This document shows, in pieces, positions 17,364-28,168 of a DNA stretch of 64,000 nt (positions within the stretch are counted from its first letter, which is position 1; each line of letters starts with the position of its first letter). This stretch comes from a bacterium (lineage in GTDB: Bacteria > JAHJDO01): positions 1,802 through 65,801 of the forward strand of contig JBDRTG010000021.1 of assembly GCA_043824255.1 (NCBI GenBank). Direction: 5' to 3'. The translations under genes and the position numbers were made by a program. Below the pieces are notes generated by a model that saw only the letters and a list, made by a program, of their open reading frames with translations, had not been told where the DNA came from and did not search any database.

Positions 17364-18524
17364 TTATTTCCCCATACCTATTTTCTGAGCAACCTGAAAG
17401 ACCTTTCCTTCTGTCATTATAGCAGGTGCAATAATGATATCTGTTAACTGCATTTCTCTTATATTTCTAGCTCCAAGATTACCCATTGAAGTTCTTAGGG
17501 CACCTGCAAGATTTTGCGAACCGTCATCCAAATCTGCAGGACCAACAAGTATTTGTTTCAGAGAACCTGTTGTGCCCACTTTTATTCTTGTGCCTCTGGG
17601 TAAATTAGCATGAGAAGTTGCCATACCCCAGTGAAAGCCCCTGCCAGGAGCTTCCTTTGCACGTGCCAGAGCAGAACCAATCATTACTGCGTCTGCGCCG
17701 CACGCAAATGCCTTAGCAATATCTCCACCTAAAGACATGCCTCCATCAGTGATAATAGGAGTGTATTTTCCTGTCTGCTTGTAATAAAAATCCCTTGCAG
17801 CTGCACAGTCGCATGTAGCAGTAACTTGTGGGACACCTATTCCCAGCACTCCTCGTGTAGTGCATGCTGCGCCTGGTCCGATCCCAACAAGTATTCCAGA
17901 TGCGCCCGTAGCCATAAGCTCAAGAGTCATGGAATAGGTAACACAATTACCTATTATTACTGGGATGTTTAAACTTCTGCAAAGTCTGAAAAAGTCAGCC
18001 GTTTTATATTCACTGGATATATGCTTTATTGATGTAACTGTCGATTGTACAACAAACATATCTGCTCCTGCTTCTTCTGCCAGCTTTCCAAAGCGTTCAG
18101 CTTTCTGAGGAATAGATGATACTGCACACAATGCTTTTGCTTTTTTAATCTCTTTTATCCTTTTAACGATTAAATTTTCTTTTATAGGTTTGTCATAAAT
18201 TCCTTGAACGAGTTTCGTTGCTTTTTCGGGTGTTGCTTTTGCAATGTCCTTTAGGATTGATTCAGGATTATCATATCTTGTCTGAATGCCTTCCAGATTC
18301 ATGACAGCAAGTCCGCCGAGTCTTGACATCTCAATTGCAAGCTTTGGATCAACCACACCATCCATTGCAGCTGCCATGATGGGAATACTTAGTTTTATAT
18401 TTCCTATCTCACAATTAATATCTACATCGTTTGGATTAACAGTTAAATTTCCCGGCACAAGCGCTATTTCATCAAATCCGTAAGATCTTCGCGCTTTCCT
18501 TCCCCTTCCAATCCACATACCCAT
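17364..18524 (-). CDS. GuaB3-type IMP dehydrogenase-related protein (no CBS pair)
   Basis: N-terminus IGRGRKARRSYGFDEIALVPG, followed by a TIM-barrel IMPDH core (GGLAVMNLEG, GPGAACTTR, ITDGGM) without a CBS insert. Confidence 0.85.
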   Translation of the reverse strand: MGMWIGRGRKARRSYGFDEIALVPGNLTVNPNDVDINCEIGNIKLSIPIMAAAMDGVVDPKLAIEMSRLGGLAVMNLEGIQTRYDNPESILKDIAKATPEKATKLVQGIYDKPIKENLIVKRIKEIKKAKALCAVSSIPQKAERFGKLAEEAGADMFVVQSTVTSIKHISSEYKTADFFRLCRSLNIPVIIGNCVTYSMTLELMATGASGILVGIGPGAACTTRGVLGIGVPQVTATCDCAAARDFYYKQTGKYTPIITDGGMSLGGDIAKAFACGADAVMIGSALARAKEAPGRGFHWGMATSHANLPRGTRIKVGTTGSLKQILVGPADLDDGSQNLAGALRTSMGNLGARNIREMQLTDIIIAPAIMTEGKVFQVAQKIGMGK

Positions 18525-18598
18525 CTAATATCTCCTTTATACTCTGATTTTATTTTATGGACATTCTATTTTAACATTGCTCAAAAGTCAATCGCACA

Positions 18599-20563
18599 TT
18601 ATTTTTTTCTATTTCCTTGAGCTTTTAACATGGAGATTTCATCCCTGATTTCTGCTGCTTTTTCAAACTCAAGGTTTTCAGCCGCTTTAATCATTTCTTT
18701 CTCCAATATTTTCATGTCCAATATTTTCTTCTTTTGAGCATAAGAAACTTTTTCATCTTTACCAGTTATTGTCATCTGTCTTATTTCTTTTTGGATGGTC
18801 TTAGGAGTAATCCCGTGTTCCCTGTTGAATTTTGTTTGAATTCTTCTCCTGCGTTCGGTCTCCCCTATTGCTTTCTCCATAGATAGGGTCATCTCATCTG
18901 CATACATAATAACTGTGCCTGCCACATTACGTGCAGTTCTTCCGATTGTTTGAACAAGAGATGTTTCCGAACGCAAAAATCCCTCCTTATCTGCGTCTAA
19001 TATTACTACCAATGAAACTTCAGGAAGGTCAAGTCCCTCTCTAAGTAAGTTTATTCCTACCAGAACATCGAATCTTGCGAGTCTAAGATCACGTAATATA
19101 TCAACTCTTTTTATTGTATCAATCTCAGAATGTAGATATCTAACACGTATTTCATGTTGATTCAGATATTCAGCTAGGTCCTCTGCCATGCGTTTAGTCA
19201 AAGTTGTAACAAGCACCCTCTCTTTTTTGGCAACTCTTTTCTTAATCTCTTTCATGAGATCTTCTATTTGATTCTCAGTAGGCCTAACCTCCACCTTTGG
19301 ATCAACGAGACCAGTAGGACGTATAATAAGCTCGACTGTCTGTCCCGAATGCTTTCGTGACAATTCAAGCTCATATTCAGCAGGTGTTGCAGAAACGAAT
19401 ATTACTTGATTTATCATTTTCCCAAATTCAACAAAGTTTAAAGGCCTATTATCCAGAGCAGATGGTAATCTGAAACCAAAATCAACAAGGGTCTGCTTTC
19501 TCGATCTATCTCCTTTATACATGCCGCCTATTTGCGGAATAGAAACATGAGACTCATCAATAATCATTAAAAAATCCTTGTTAAAATAGTCAATGAGAGT
19601 ATAAGGCTTTTCCCCCGATTTTCTTTCGCTCAAGTGTCTTGAATAATTCTCAATTCCTGTGCAATACCCGATTTCATTAAGCATTTCCAGATCATATTTT
19701 GTTTTTGTCTCCAAACGCTGTGCCTCAACAAGTTTCCCTTGATTTTTCAAATCTAGCAACCTTTGCTCTAATTCCTCTTTTATGAACTCTGTTGAAGTTT
19801 TAATACGGTCAGATGTCGTAACAAAATGCTTTGCAGGATATATTGCAATTCTGTCAAGGTTCGTTAACGCTTTACCTGTTATATAATCAATTTTGGAGAT
19901 TCTATCTATTCTATCTCCGAAGAGTTCTATTCTCACAGGAATTTCTTCATATGAAGGAAAGATTTCTATGGTATCGCCTTTCACTCTGAACGTGCCGCGA
20001 TGAAAGTCAATATCATTACGTTCATACTGAATATCAACAAGTTTTCTCAGGATATGTTTCTGCTTAAACTCATCATCCTTCTGAAACATCAACAGCAGGC
20101 CCTTCCATTCATCAGGAGAGCCAAGTCCATATATGCATGATACACTGGCAACTATAATCACATCTCTGCGTGAAAGCAATGAGCTTGTAGCTGCAAGCCT
20201 GAGCCTGTCCAGCTCATCATTTATCGAAGCGTCTTTTTCTATATATGTATCTGTCTGTGGAATATATGCTTCAGGTTGGTAGTAATCATAATAACTGACA
20301 AAGTACTCAACAGCATTATTGGGGAAAAACATTTTGAATTCCATATATAGCTGAGCTGCCAGAGTTTTATTATGAGAAATAACAAGCGTAGGTTTATTTA
20401 CACTGCGAATAACATTTGCCAGCACAAAGGTTTTACCTGACCCGGTAACACCAAGAAGAGTCTGATATTTTTTATTAGCTTCAATCCCGCCTATAAGTTG
20501 TCTGATTGCCTTTGGCTGGTCCCCCTTCGGAGAAAAATCAGAAACTAGTTCAAAATGGTCCAT
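18599..20563 (-). CDS. uvrB: Excinuclease ABC subunit B
   Basis: Walker [13 protein letters not shown] box ([11 protein letters not shown]), helicase motifs, and the C-terminal UVR motif ([11 protein letters not shown]). Confidence 0.97.
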   Translation of the reverse strand: MDHFELVSDFSPKGDQPKAIRQLIGGIEANKKYQTLLGVTGSGKTFVLANVIRSVNKPTLVISHNKTLAAQLYMEFKMFFPNNAVEYFVSYYDYYQPEAYIPQTDTYIEKDASINDELDRLRLAATSSLLSRRDVIIVASVSCIYGLGSPDEWKGLLLMFQKDDEFKQKHILRKLVDIQYERNDIDFHRGTFRVKGDTIEIFPSYEEIPVRIELFGDRIDRISKIDYITGKALTNLDRIAIYPAKHFVTTSDRIKTSTEFIKEELEQRLLDLKNQGKLVEAQRLETKTKYDLEMLNEIGYCTGIENYSRHLSERKSGEKPYTLIDYFNKDFLMIIDESHVSIPQIGGMYKGDRSRKQTLVDFGFRLPSALDNRPLNFVEFGKMINQVIFVSATPAEYELELSRKHSGQTVELIIRPTGLVDPKVEVRPTENQIEDLMKEIKKRVAKKERVLVTTLTKRMAEDLAEYLNQHEIRVRYLHSEIDTIKRVDILRDLRLARFDVLVGINLLREGLDLPEVSLVVILDADKEGFLRSETSLVQTIGRTARNVAGTVIMYADEMTLSMEKAIGETERRRRIQTKFNREHGITPKTIQKEIRQMTITGKDEKVSYAQKKKILDMKILEKEMIKAAENLEFEKAAEIRDEISMLKAQGNRKK

Positions 20564-20573
20564 GTTTCATCAT

Positions 20574-22436
20574 CTAAATCCAGTTCAGGATAGTGTCTGC
20601 AATACCAGCACCATCTAGTTTGTACTTTTTCAACAGGAGATGCCGCGGACCTTGTTCAATAAATTTGTCTGGCAATCCAATATGTAGAGACGCAAAATTT
20701 TGCGTCTCTACGTTTGCAACGTTCATCCCAAATCCGCCGGCAATAACATTTTCTTCAACTGTTACGATCTTCTTTATCTGAGATGCTATTTTCTCAATTA
20801 GTTCCGTATCTAATGGCTTAACAAATCTCATATTCGCTACTGAAGCATTTATGTTTTTCTTCTCTAATATTTCTGCTGCCTCTAAAGCTGGATAGACCAT
20901 TGTTCCTATTGATAATATCGCAACATCAGCACCGTCTCTGACTATTTCTCCTTTCCCAATTTCAATCTTCTGAATTGAATTAAAACTGGATTCCACAGCA
21001 TAATCTTTTGGATATCTTATAGAAACTGGCTGATTATATTCTACTGCTTTAGAAAGCATGCTTACAAATTCACATTCATCCTTTGGAGACATAATCGTCA
21101 TGTTTGGGATCATTGAAAGATATGAAAAATCAAAAACGCCCTGATGTGTTGGCCCGTCTCCTTCTACTATACCTGCTCTGTCAATTGCGAAAATTACAGG
21201 CAGTTTTTGTAAACACACATCATGTAAAATCTGATCATATGAGCGCTGGAGAAAAGTTGAGTAGACCGCAAAAACAGGTTTTAGCCCCTTTAAAGCTAAG
21301 CCTGCTGCAAATGTAACAGCATGCTGCTCTGCCATGCCTACATCAAAGAATCTGTCCGGAAATTTTTGAGCAAACTCTCTAAGTCCTGTTCCATCTGGCA
21401 TAGCCGCAGTTATTGCTACTATTCTTTTATCTTTTTGTGCCAATTTGATAAGAGTAGAACCAAAGAGTTCTGTATATGTTTTGCGTTTCCTATCTGCGTC
21501 TTTACTTTTCCATATACCTGTTTCAATATCAAACGGTTTTGCGCTATGAAATCTTGTGGGATTCTCTTCTGCAAATTTATATCCTTTCCCTTTCTTTGTT
21601 AATATATGTACTAATACAGGACCTTTAAAAATTTTGATATTATCGAGTGTTTCTATAAGCAATGGGATATTGTGTCCATCAATTGGGCCAATATAACGAA
21701 AACCTAATTCATCAAATAATATTCCTGGAACAAGAAGCAACTTAAGACTTTTTTCTAATTTCTTTGCGCTGTCAACTAACAGGCTGCCAAATCTTGGAAC
21801 CCTTTTTAACACTAGTTCCAGATCACCTCTAACTCTATTGTATATTGGATTAGTCGTAATTCTATTCAGATACTGAGACCATGCTCCAACATTATGAGAT
21901 ATACTCATCTCATTACTATTCAAGATTACAATTATATCTTTTTTAATATGTCCTGCATGGTTCAGGGCCTCAAATGCCATACCCCCGGTAAGCGCTCCGT
22001 CTCCAACTACAGCTATAAGCTTATTTTTGTTGCTTGTCAATTTTTGCGCACATGCCATACCAAGAGCAGCTGAGATTGAAGTGCTTCCATGTCCTGTGCC
22101 AAAAGCGTCATACTCACTCTCTTCTATTTTTGTAAAGCCGCTCATTCCTCCAAATTGCCTGAGTGTATGAAACTGATTCCTTCTTCCTGTAAGAATTTTA
22201 TGTGTATATGCCTGATGCCCAACATCCCAGATTATCTTATCATCAGGGCAATTAAAGACATAGTGCAGAGCTATTGTGAGTTCAACAACCCCAAGGTTTG
22301 AAGCAAGATGCCCACCAGTTTGGGAAACGGTTTTTATTATCAATTCTCTTATTTCAGATGCAAGCAGGGATAGACCTTTTATATTTATGGTTTTTAGATC
22401 GTTATGGCTTTCTATTGTCTCTAGATACATATTCAC
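20574..22436 (-). CDS. dxs: 1-deoxy-D-xylulose-5-phosphate synthase
   Basis: Motifs GGHLASNLGVVELT, DVGHQAY, GDGALTGGMAFEALN, and MAEQHAVTFAAGLA. The track start is GTG; ATG two codons downstream (22430) is an alternative. Confidence 0.96.
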   Translation of the reverse strand: MNMYLETIESHNDLKTINIKGLSLLASEIRELIIKTVSQTGGHLASNLGVVELTIALHYVFNCPDDKIIWDVGHQAYTHKILTGRRNQFHTLRQFGGMSGFTKIEESEYDAFGTGHGSTSISAALGMACAQKLTSNKNKLIAVVGDGALTGGMAFEALNHAGHIKKDIIVILNSNEMSISHNVGAWSQYLNRITTNPIYNRVRGDLELVLKRVPRFGSLLVDSAKKLEKSLKLLLVPGILFDELGFRYIGPIDGHNIPLLIETLDNIKIFKGPVLVHILTKKGKGYKFAEENPTRFHSAKPFDIETGIWKSKDADRKRKTYTELFGSTLIKLAQKDKRIVAITAAMPDGTGLREFAQKFPDRFFDVGMAEQHAVTFAAGLALKGLKPVFAVYSTFLQRSYDQILHDVCLQKLPVIFAIDRAGIVEGDGPTHQGVFDFSYLSMIPNMTIMSPKDECEFVSMLSKAVEYNQPVSIRYPKDYAVESSFNSIQKIEIGKGEIVRDGADVAILSIGTMVYPALEAAEILEKKNINASVANMRFVKPLDTELIEKIASQIKKIVTVEENVIAGGFGMNVANVETQNFASLHIGLPDKFIEQGPRHLLLKKYKLDGAGIADTILNWI

Positions 22437-22499
22437 CTTTTAATTAATCTCGGTACAATCTCTCAATTTCTGACAGCTTATCCAAAACCAATTGCTAAG

Positions 22500-23414
22500 T
22501 CAACTACGATGGTGATATTTGATTCCTTTACTCTTGGAAACAATATATCCCCCAGTCAAGAGTACAGTGCCTGAGATTAACTGACCTGCTGTAAGAATCT
22601 CGCCAAAAATAAAGTAGGAAAAAATAGCTGTTAGAAATGGAGAAATGAGAAGTATGCTTGATGCTAAGGCAATACCAGTTGCACGAATTGCAAAATAATA
22701 TATTGAATGTGCAAGTCCAATACAAAATAGACCTGAGATAAACAGGATGAATAAAATTCTTGGTGGAAGATGAATAATTGCTAAGGGATTTCCTTTTATG
22801 AATGCCATTAAAAAAAAGCTGCATGCGCCAATTGCAAAAACATAAGGTGTAAAAGCCACTATATTATAATTTCGCAAGGTCTTCTGAACATATACAGCAT
22901 AAAATGTCCAGAACAGGTTTGCCAGTATAGCGAAGACAATTCCCCATTTCATCTGCAAAGAGGTTACGCCTCCTTTAAAGAAAATTACTCCTATAACACC
23001 CAGAAGACACAGAAGTGTCCCCAGAATGTATTTTGCACTTTTAATACTCTCCCTTTCTTCAGGGAAAAACACAAAAGACACAATTACAGTGAGCACAATG
23101 CTAATTTTCCCAATCAAGGAGACAAATGCAGGCAGAACCCGGTATAATGCCATGACCCAGAAGGTTTGCATAATAATAAGAAAAAAAGCCGTAATAAACA
23201 GTTTTTTCCATACTTTTAAACACTGCTTCAATTCGCTGCGGAAAAATATAGAGACAATTATAAAAAGAGACAAACTCCCTGATAGATACCTGAAGGCATT
23301 TTGTGTCTGAACATCCAAATATTTAGAGAGATAACGGACAAAAATCGGTCCGAATCCCCAGATACAAGCTGTGATTAAAATTAAAACAATCCCTCGCCTT
23401 TTATTTAGTCTCAT
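22500..23414 (-). CDS. DMT-superfamily (EamA-like) transporter
   Basis: About ten predicted TM helices in two EamA-like halves. The overlapping ORFs 22528..22824 and 23026..23310 are judged spurious. Confidence 0.75.
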   Translation of the reverse strand: MRLNKRRGIVLILITACIWGFGPIFVRYLSKYLDVQTQNAFRYLSGSLSLFIIVSIFFRSELKQCLKVWKKLFITAFFLIIMQTFWVMALYRVLPAFVSLIGKISIVLTVIVSFVFFPEERESIKSAKYILGTLLCLLGVIGVIFFKGGVTSLQMKWGIVFAILANLFWTFYAVYVQKTLRNYNIVAFTPYVFAIGACSFFLMAFIKGNPLAIIHLPPRILFILFISGLFCIGLAHSIYYFAIRATGIALASSILLISPFLTAIFSYFIFGEILTAGQLISGTVLLTGGYIVSKSKGIKYHHRS

Positions 23415-23438
23415 ATAAGTGTCTCTTCTGTTTTTTGG

Positions 23439-23846
23439 CTAAATTACTATTTCAATTGCTTGATATGGGCAGGCAGGAATACAAAGCTCGCATGCTATAC
23501 ACTTTTGCTTATCAAATGATACTTTCATTGTATCTCTGTTTAATAATATAGCATCTGTCGGGCAATGTGGTATACAGGCAGTACAATGGATACATCTATT
23601 TTCATGCCATTTGATGTCGCGTGCAAGGGACTGAATATTTATATTTAATCCGGCCAAATATTTTATCCCAGCTTCTAGTTCTTTCTTCTTACCGCTTATT
23701 TCTAGTACCAGTCTCCCCTCTTCCTGTGGAGTAACTCTGGCTCTAAGTATATTTATCATTAAGTTATATTCCTTGACAAGATGATATACTATTGGATGAT
23801 CAACTATTTCGTGAGGAAAAGTTAAAACGACTCTTTTTTTTATCAT
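23439..23846 (-). CDS. NIL-domain / 2x[4Fe-4S] ferredoxin protein (homocysteine-synthesis partner)
   Basis: N-terminal NIL-type domain (VVLTFPHEIVDHPIVYHLVKEYNLMINILRARV) plus two cluster motifs, CIHCTACIPHCP and CIACELCIPACP. Confidence 0.8.
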   Translation of the reverse strand: MIKKRVVLTFPHEIVDHPIVYHLVKEYNLMINILRARVTPQEEGRLVLEISGKKKELEAGIKYLAGLNINIQSLARDIKWHENRCIHCTACIPHCPTDAILLNRDTMKVSFDKQKCIACELCIPACPYQAIEIVI

Positions 23847-23849
23847 AGC

Positions 23850-25025
23850 TTATTCTCCCGAAGAAAGAGATTTAACTGGTTTTGCCAGCTCAAATTTCCC
23901 CTTTTTAATCCTTTGTTTAAGGATTTCTGCTATTTCTCTTGCCTTCTTATAGCTTGACAATGCACCTGTGGGAACTTGTTTCCCTTCTATCTCTATATAT
24001 CCATCTCTTAACTGCTTATAATTAACCTCGCCATAGCTTTTGTTGATCCCGTCAGGATAGTCTTTACTATAATCCACAATTTGAGTATAAATATCCTCAT
24101 CCTTTACAGCTGTATATTTAACTATATCCTCGCTTAAAATAGGGATTGGAATGCCTATGCCAATAGTTAAAGTTACACCATACCCTGTAATACTTGTGCC
24201 TTTCAGCCATTCCGAAGACATCCCTTTTAAATCTCCAACTACAGCAATAGTTCCTGCTGGAGCTCTTACCACACCATTATGACCTCTTTTAACACGTGGA
24301 TTATGCTGTGTTCCTTCCCAATAAACATATCCTTCTCCACCACCAAGGAATATTTTTGTTCCTATGCCAATGGTTCTATAAAAGGGATCATTCAGTAAAG
24401 GGCTTAATTGCCCAGCACTGCAGTAATTCGCATTGCCAATATTTGGCTTTAGGATTCCCATATAAGTGTATATGTTTCTGTCGGAATATTTATTTATCGC
24501 AACATTGTAATTTTGATATGCATTTCTTGGGTTTGTTAGAATAGCCTGGTTTACACTTTTTATGTCTATTACAGTCTCAAGCTCTTTCTTCGGATAACAA
24601 TCTGTTCCATAAGATATTGCTCTAAGTTTTATAGGCTTGCCAGCAACTAAATCCTCTATTACATGTCCGCCTCCATATTTAAAGCTGCCCGGAAATACCT
24701 TGTTCAATAAATCTTCATCAGGAAGTTCCGTTACTCCGAGATAAACATCAACAGCAGCAAGACCAGCGTATGCATTAACACCATTCAACCACACCTTTTG
24801 CGCTTTTATTTTTGGCTTTGAATGTCCAAAACTAATAAAAGCACCTGAGGAGCACATTGGAGCAAATGTGCCTGTTGTTACAACATCTACTTCTTTTGCA
24901 GCTTTTTTTATGCCTCTTTCTTCAACTATATCAATAATCTCCTCAGCAGTTACAACTACTGCTTCTCCACTCCTTATCTTTTTATTTATTTCTTCATACG
25001 TTTTCACTTTAATCCCCCTAACCAA
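23850..25025 (-). CDS. COG1900/DUF39 homocysteine biosynthesis protein
   Basis: N-terminus KTYEEINKKIRSGEAVVVTAEE...VDVVTTGTFAPMCSSGAF and length of about 390 aa match the COG1900 family. It sits 3 nt upstream of the NIL-ferredoxin gene, as in the Methanosarcina MA1821/MA1822 pair. Confidence 0.82.
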   Translation of the reverse strand: MVRGIKVKTYEEINKKIRSGEAVVVTAEEIIDIVEERGIKKAAKEVDVVTTGTFAPMCSSGAFISFGHSKPKIKAQKVWLNGVNAYAGLAAVDVYLGVTELPDEDLLNKVFPGSFKYGGGHVIEDLVAGKPIKLRAISYGTDCYPKKELETVIDIKSVNQAILTNPRNAYQNYNVAINKYSDRNIYTYMGILKPNIGNANYCSAGQLSPLLNDPFYRTIGIGTKIFLGGGEGYVYWEGTQHNPRVKRGHNGVVRAPAGTIAVVGDLKGMSSEWLKGTSITGYGVTLTIGIGIPIPILSEDIVKYTAVKDEDIYTQIVDYSKDYPDGINKSYGEVNYKQLRDGYIEIEGKQVPTGALSSYKKAREIAEILKQRIKKGKFELAKPVKSLSSGE

Positions 25026-25116
25026 TCATAAAGCACAAGCGATTCTAACAAATGCAATTAAAAAAAACCAGATAAAATGCTTGATATGTATATTACTCAT
25101 GATTTAATATAATCAA

Positions 25117-25758
25117 ATGAAACCTAATCTGAAAGATATATTCTCCGGACAAATTTATGGCATCACATGTTTTGAAACCAGTTGTGGAAGAGGAAATAAA
25201 TATGTGGTTAGCGAGATGCTTAAAGCCGGGATTAGAATTATTCAATACAGAGAAAAATTTCGCACAAAGAAAATTAAATATGAAGAATGTTGTTGGTTGA
25301 GGAAGATTACTCAAAAATACAATGCTCTATTTGTCATTAATGATGACGTTGATCTTGCTATTCTTTGTGAGGCAGATGGTATCCATATTGGGCAGGATGA
25401 TATTCCTCTCAAAAAGGTCCGTAAGTTAATTAATTCAAATCAGTTTATCGGGCTTTCTACACATAATCCCATGCAAGCCAAAGAAGCTTTGAGAATAGGA
25501 GCAGATTATATAGGAGTTGGGCCAATCTATGGAACTCAAACTAAAAGGAACGCTACTCAGGCAGTAGGTCTTGAGTATATAAGATATGTATCTCAAAACA
25601 TTGACCTTCCTTTTGTGGCAATAGGAGGAATTAAAGAGCATAATATAGCTGAAGTATTAGAAGCCGGGGCTCGTTGTGTAAGTCTGGTTACTGAGATCAC
25701 AGAAGCTCCTGACATTCAGCAAAAGATAAAGAATGTTCAAAAGTATCTGGAACAGTAA
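25117..25758 (+). CDS. thiE: Thiamine-phosphate synthase
   Basis: Motifs IIQYREK, FVINDDVDLA, DGIHIGQDD, GLSTH, YIGVGPIYGTQTK, and FVAIGGI. Confidence 0.92.
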   Translation: MKPNLKDIFSGQIYGITCFETSCGRGNKYVVSEMLKAGIRIIQYREKFRTKKIKYEECCWLRKITQKYNALFVINDDVDLAILCEADGIHIGQDDIPLKKVRKLINSNQFIGLSTHNPMQAKEALRIGADYIGVGPIYGTQTKRNATQAVGLEYIRYVSQNIDLPFVAIGGIKEHNIAEVLEAGARCVSLVTEITEAPDIQQKIKNVQKYLEQ

Positions 25759-26553
25759 ATGACAAATGGTATAGGCACAAAGAAGCTTTGGCATTTGACA
25801 TTATTTTTTGCACTTATACTTTTTCTTTTTTTAGGGTGTAATATACTAGCTGAAGACTGGAAAATCTATAAATCCGATCATTTCTCAGTATATTATGAAG
25901 AAGATTTAAGTTTTGCTCAGCGTGTTGGGTATAAAGCAGAGGAATATTATAAGCAGTTAGACAGAAATGTAGGATTTACCAGATTTGGGAAATTCTGGAC
26001 TTTTGATGATAGATGTAAGATATACATATATGCAAATAAGGAGAGTTACCTGAAAAACAATAATATTCCATCCTGGTCAGCAGGATTTGCCAATTATGAT
26101 AAAAGAGAGATAGTAAGCTATGAAGAGTCAGGAAATTTTTTAATTTCTCTTCTGCCTCATGAGATGACTCATCTAATCCTGGCAGACTATATAGAGAAGA
26201 ATATCCCTCTATGGTTTAATGAAGGGCTTGCTGTGAACATGGAGCTAACAAGCAAGTCAGGATATATAAACGCAATAAAGGAAGAATTTAAAAAGGGCAA
26301 TGGCCTTTCCATTCATGAAGTGCTTGATAAAACTAATTATCCTGAAGATGAAGAAAAAGTCCTGCTTTTCTACAGCATATCCTATTCTCTTGTAGATTTT
26401 TTAAGAAGCAAAGGACAGTATAGATTTGTCAATCTCTGCAGAGCTTTGCGTGATGGAAAGAATTTTGAAGATGCACTTAGAACAAGTTATCAATTCGACT
26501 TTGGAAATCTAGCACGTCTTGATGAGAAGTGGCAGGAGCATATAAAAAAATAG
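25759..26553 (+). CDS. Peptidase MA-type zinc metalloprotease, predicted lipoprotein
   Basis: Signal with lipobox LFLGC. HExxH motif in LLPHEMTHLI with downstream WFNEGLA (a gluzincin-type third ligand). The ATG directly abuts the thiE stop. Confidence 0.65.
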   Translation: MTNGIGTKKLWHLTLFFALILFLFLGCNILAEDWKIYKSDHFSVYYEEDLSFAQRVGYKAEEYYKQLDRNVGFTRFGKFWTFDDRCKIYIYANKESYLKNNNIPSWSAGFANYDKREIVSYEESGNFLISLLPHEMTHLILADYIEKNIPLWFNEGLAVNMELTSKSGYINAIKEEFKKGNGLSIHEVLDKTNYPEDEEKVLLFYSISYSLVDFLRSKGQYRFVNLCRALRDGKNFEDALRTSYQFDFGNLARLDEKWQEHIKK

Positions 26554-26561
26554 AATTTGTC

Positions 26562-28151
26562 CTATTGCGTATATCTCTGCAGATGCTTCGGAACATACCA
26601 TTTTATGAAATCATAGCTTATTCCGATTGGAGACACTTCTATACCTTTAAAGCGTGCATGAACAACCGGAAGCGAATCAGGCACATATAAAAACGTATAA
26701 GCCTGGTCTTCAGCTAAAACTTCGTGGATCCGATGATAAAGCTGTCTCCTTTTCTCTATTTCAAATTCCTTTCTTCCCTCGTCCAGGAGCTTATCTATCT
26801 CTGGATTATTATAAGAAATAAAGTTAAATTCTTTCTCTTTTGTTTTAGATGAATGCCAGATATCAAAACAATCCGGATCTCTACCCAGACCCCATGCGAG
26901 TAAAATAGTATCAAACCTTTTTTTATAAATAAATTCATTTAGAAAAGATGCCCATTCAATTATTCTTATATTTACCTTAATCCCAACAAGTCTGAGATTC
27001 TGCTGTATAATTTCCGCGCATTTTCTCCTCTGTGCATTCCCCTGATTTGTTATAATTTCAAATTCGAACTTTTCCCCATCCTTATCAATCCAGCCATCTC
27101 CATCATGGTCCTCCCACCCGCATAGTTTCAGCATTTCTTTTGCCTTTAGCGGATTATACGGGTATCTTCTCACATGTTTGTTGTATGCCCATGATTCAGG
27201 AGGAAAAGGACCTGTTGAGATCTCTCCTAAGCCTAATAAAACTCCTTTGATAATCTCGGACTTATTAATTGCATATGTTAAAGCCTGTCTAACAAGTTTA
27301 TTTTTAAATAACGGGTTTTTAAGGTTGTAACCTAGATAGGTATAACCAAAGCTTGGATATTTATATTTGCTAAAACCAGTTTTAAACCATGTCTTATTAG
27401 TCTGATAAATATATTGAACAGGATTAAGCCCCATCCAATCAATATTCCCAGCGCCAAGTTCAAGAAACATTGTCGCATCGTCTGGAATTATCTGGTAAAC
27501 ATACTTATCTATATATGGTCTGCCTTCAAAATAGTCATTGTTTGCTTCAAGAATAATTCTCTGTCCGGTTTTCCATTCTTTAAATTTATATGGTCCTGTT
27601 CCTATTGGATGCCTCGCAAAACTACACTTGATTAAATTCTTATCTTTTAGAAGATGCTCAGGCATAACCCACATTCCCCAGCTTGCAAGGGCTGGAGAGA
27701 ATGGCTCTTTGTAGGTTACCTTGAATGTATAAGGATCAACAACTTCTGCTTTTTTTATTCGTTCAAAATCGCCTCCATATGGAGTAGGGACATCCGGATC
27801 TGTAAGCTTTTTATATGTAAACATCACATCAGAAGCTGTAAATGGGAAACCATCGTGCCATTCAACGTTTTTCCGTAAATGAAATGTAATAGTGAGTCTA
27901 TCAGAAGAGACTTCCCATGATTCTGCCAGATCCCCAACCAGTTTTATGTTCTTATCATACTTAAGGAGTCCATTAAATACCAGTCCTACAATATCCTGAG
28001 AAGCGCTATCTGAAGCCAGTATTGGGATAAGTGTTGAAGCATCACCTATTGAACCAGCAATTATTGCATCGCCATATGCAGGTTCGCCAGAGACTGAGTG
28101 TGTATTTATAAATAAAAAAAATACCGCAAGAAGCGGTAATATATTCTTCAT
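26562..28151 (-). CDS. ABC transporter substrate-binding protein, family 5 (peptide/nickel type)
   Basis: Signal peptide, 529 aa, and typical SBP_bac_5 segments (LLKYDKNIKLVGDLAESWEVS.D, FHLRKNVEWHDG, and GTGPYKFKEW). Confidence 0.85.
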   Translation of the reverse strand: MKNILPLLAVFFLFINTHSVSGEPAYGDAIIAGSIGDASTLIPILASDSASQDIVGLVFNGLLKYDKNIKLVGDLAESWEVSSDRLTITFHLRKNVEWHDGFPFTASDVMFTYKKLTDPDVPTPYGGDFERIKKAEVVDPYTFKVTYKEPFSPALASWGMWVMPEHLLKDKNLIKCSFARHPIGTGPYKFKEWKTGQRIILEANNDYFEGRPYIDKYVYQIIPDDATMFLELGAGNIDWMGLNPVQYIYQTNKTWFKTGFSKYKYPSFGYTYLGYNLKNPLFKNKLVRQALTYAINKSEIIKGVLLGLGEISTGPFPPESWAYNKHVRRYPYNPLKAKEMLKLCGWEDHDGDGWIDKDGEKFEFEIITNQGNAQRRKCAEIIQQNLRLVGIKVNIRIIEWASFLNEFIYKKRFDTILLAWGLGRDPDCFDIWHSSKTKEKEFNFISYNNPEIDKLLDEGRKEFEIEKRRQLYHRIHEVLAEDQAYTFLYVPDSLPVVHARFKGIEVSPIGISYDFIKWYVPKHLQRYTQ

Positions 28152-28168
28152 AATATAATCTCTATGAC

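Noticed and set aside
17348-18540. Identical 13-mer ATATCTCCTTTAT at 17348-17360 and 18528-18540
   Set aside because: On the coding strand it reads ATAAAGGAGATAT directly upstream of the GH130 and guaB3-like start codons. It is a shared strong Shine-Dalgarno context, not a repeat element.
25026-25116. Possible TPP riboswitch upstream of thiE, or SAM riboswitch upstream of the homocysteine genes, in the divergent spacer
   Set aside because: The spacer is only 91 nt. It lacks the conserved TPP (CUGAGA) and SAM-I core motifs, so there is not enough room or sequence for either aptamer.
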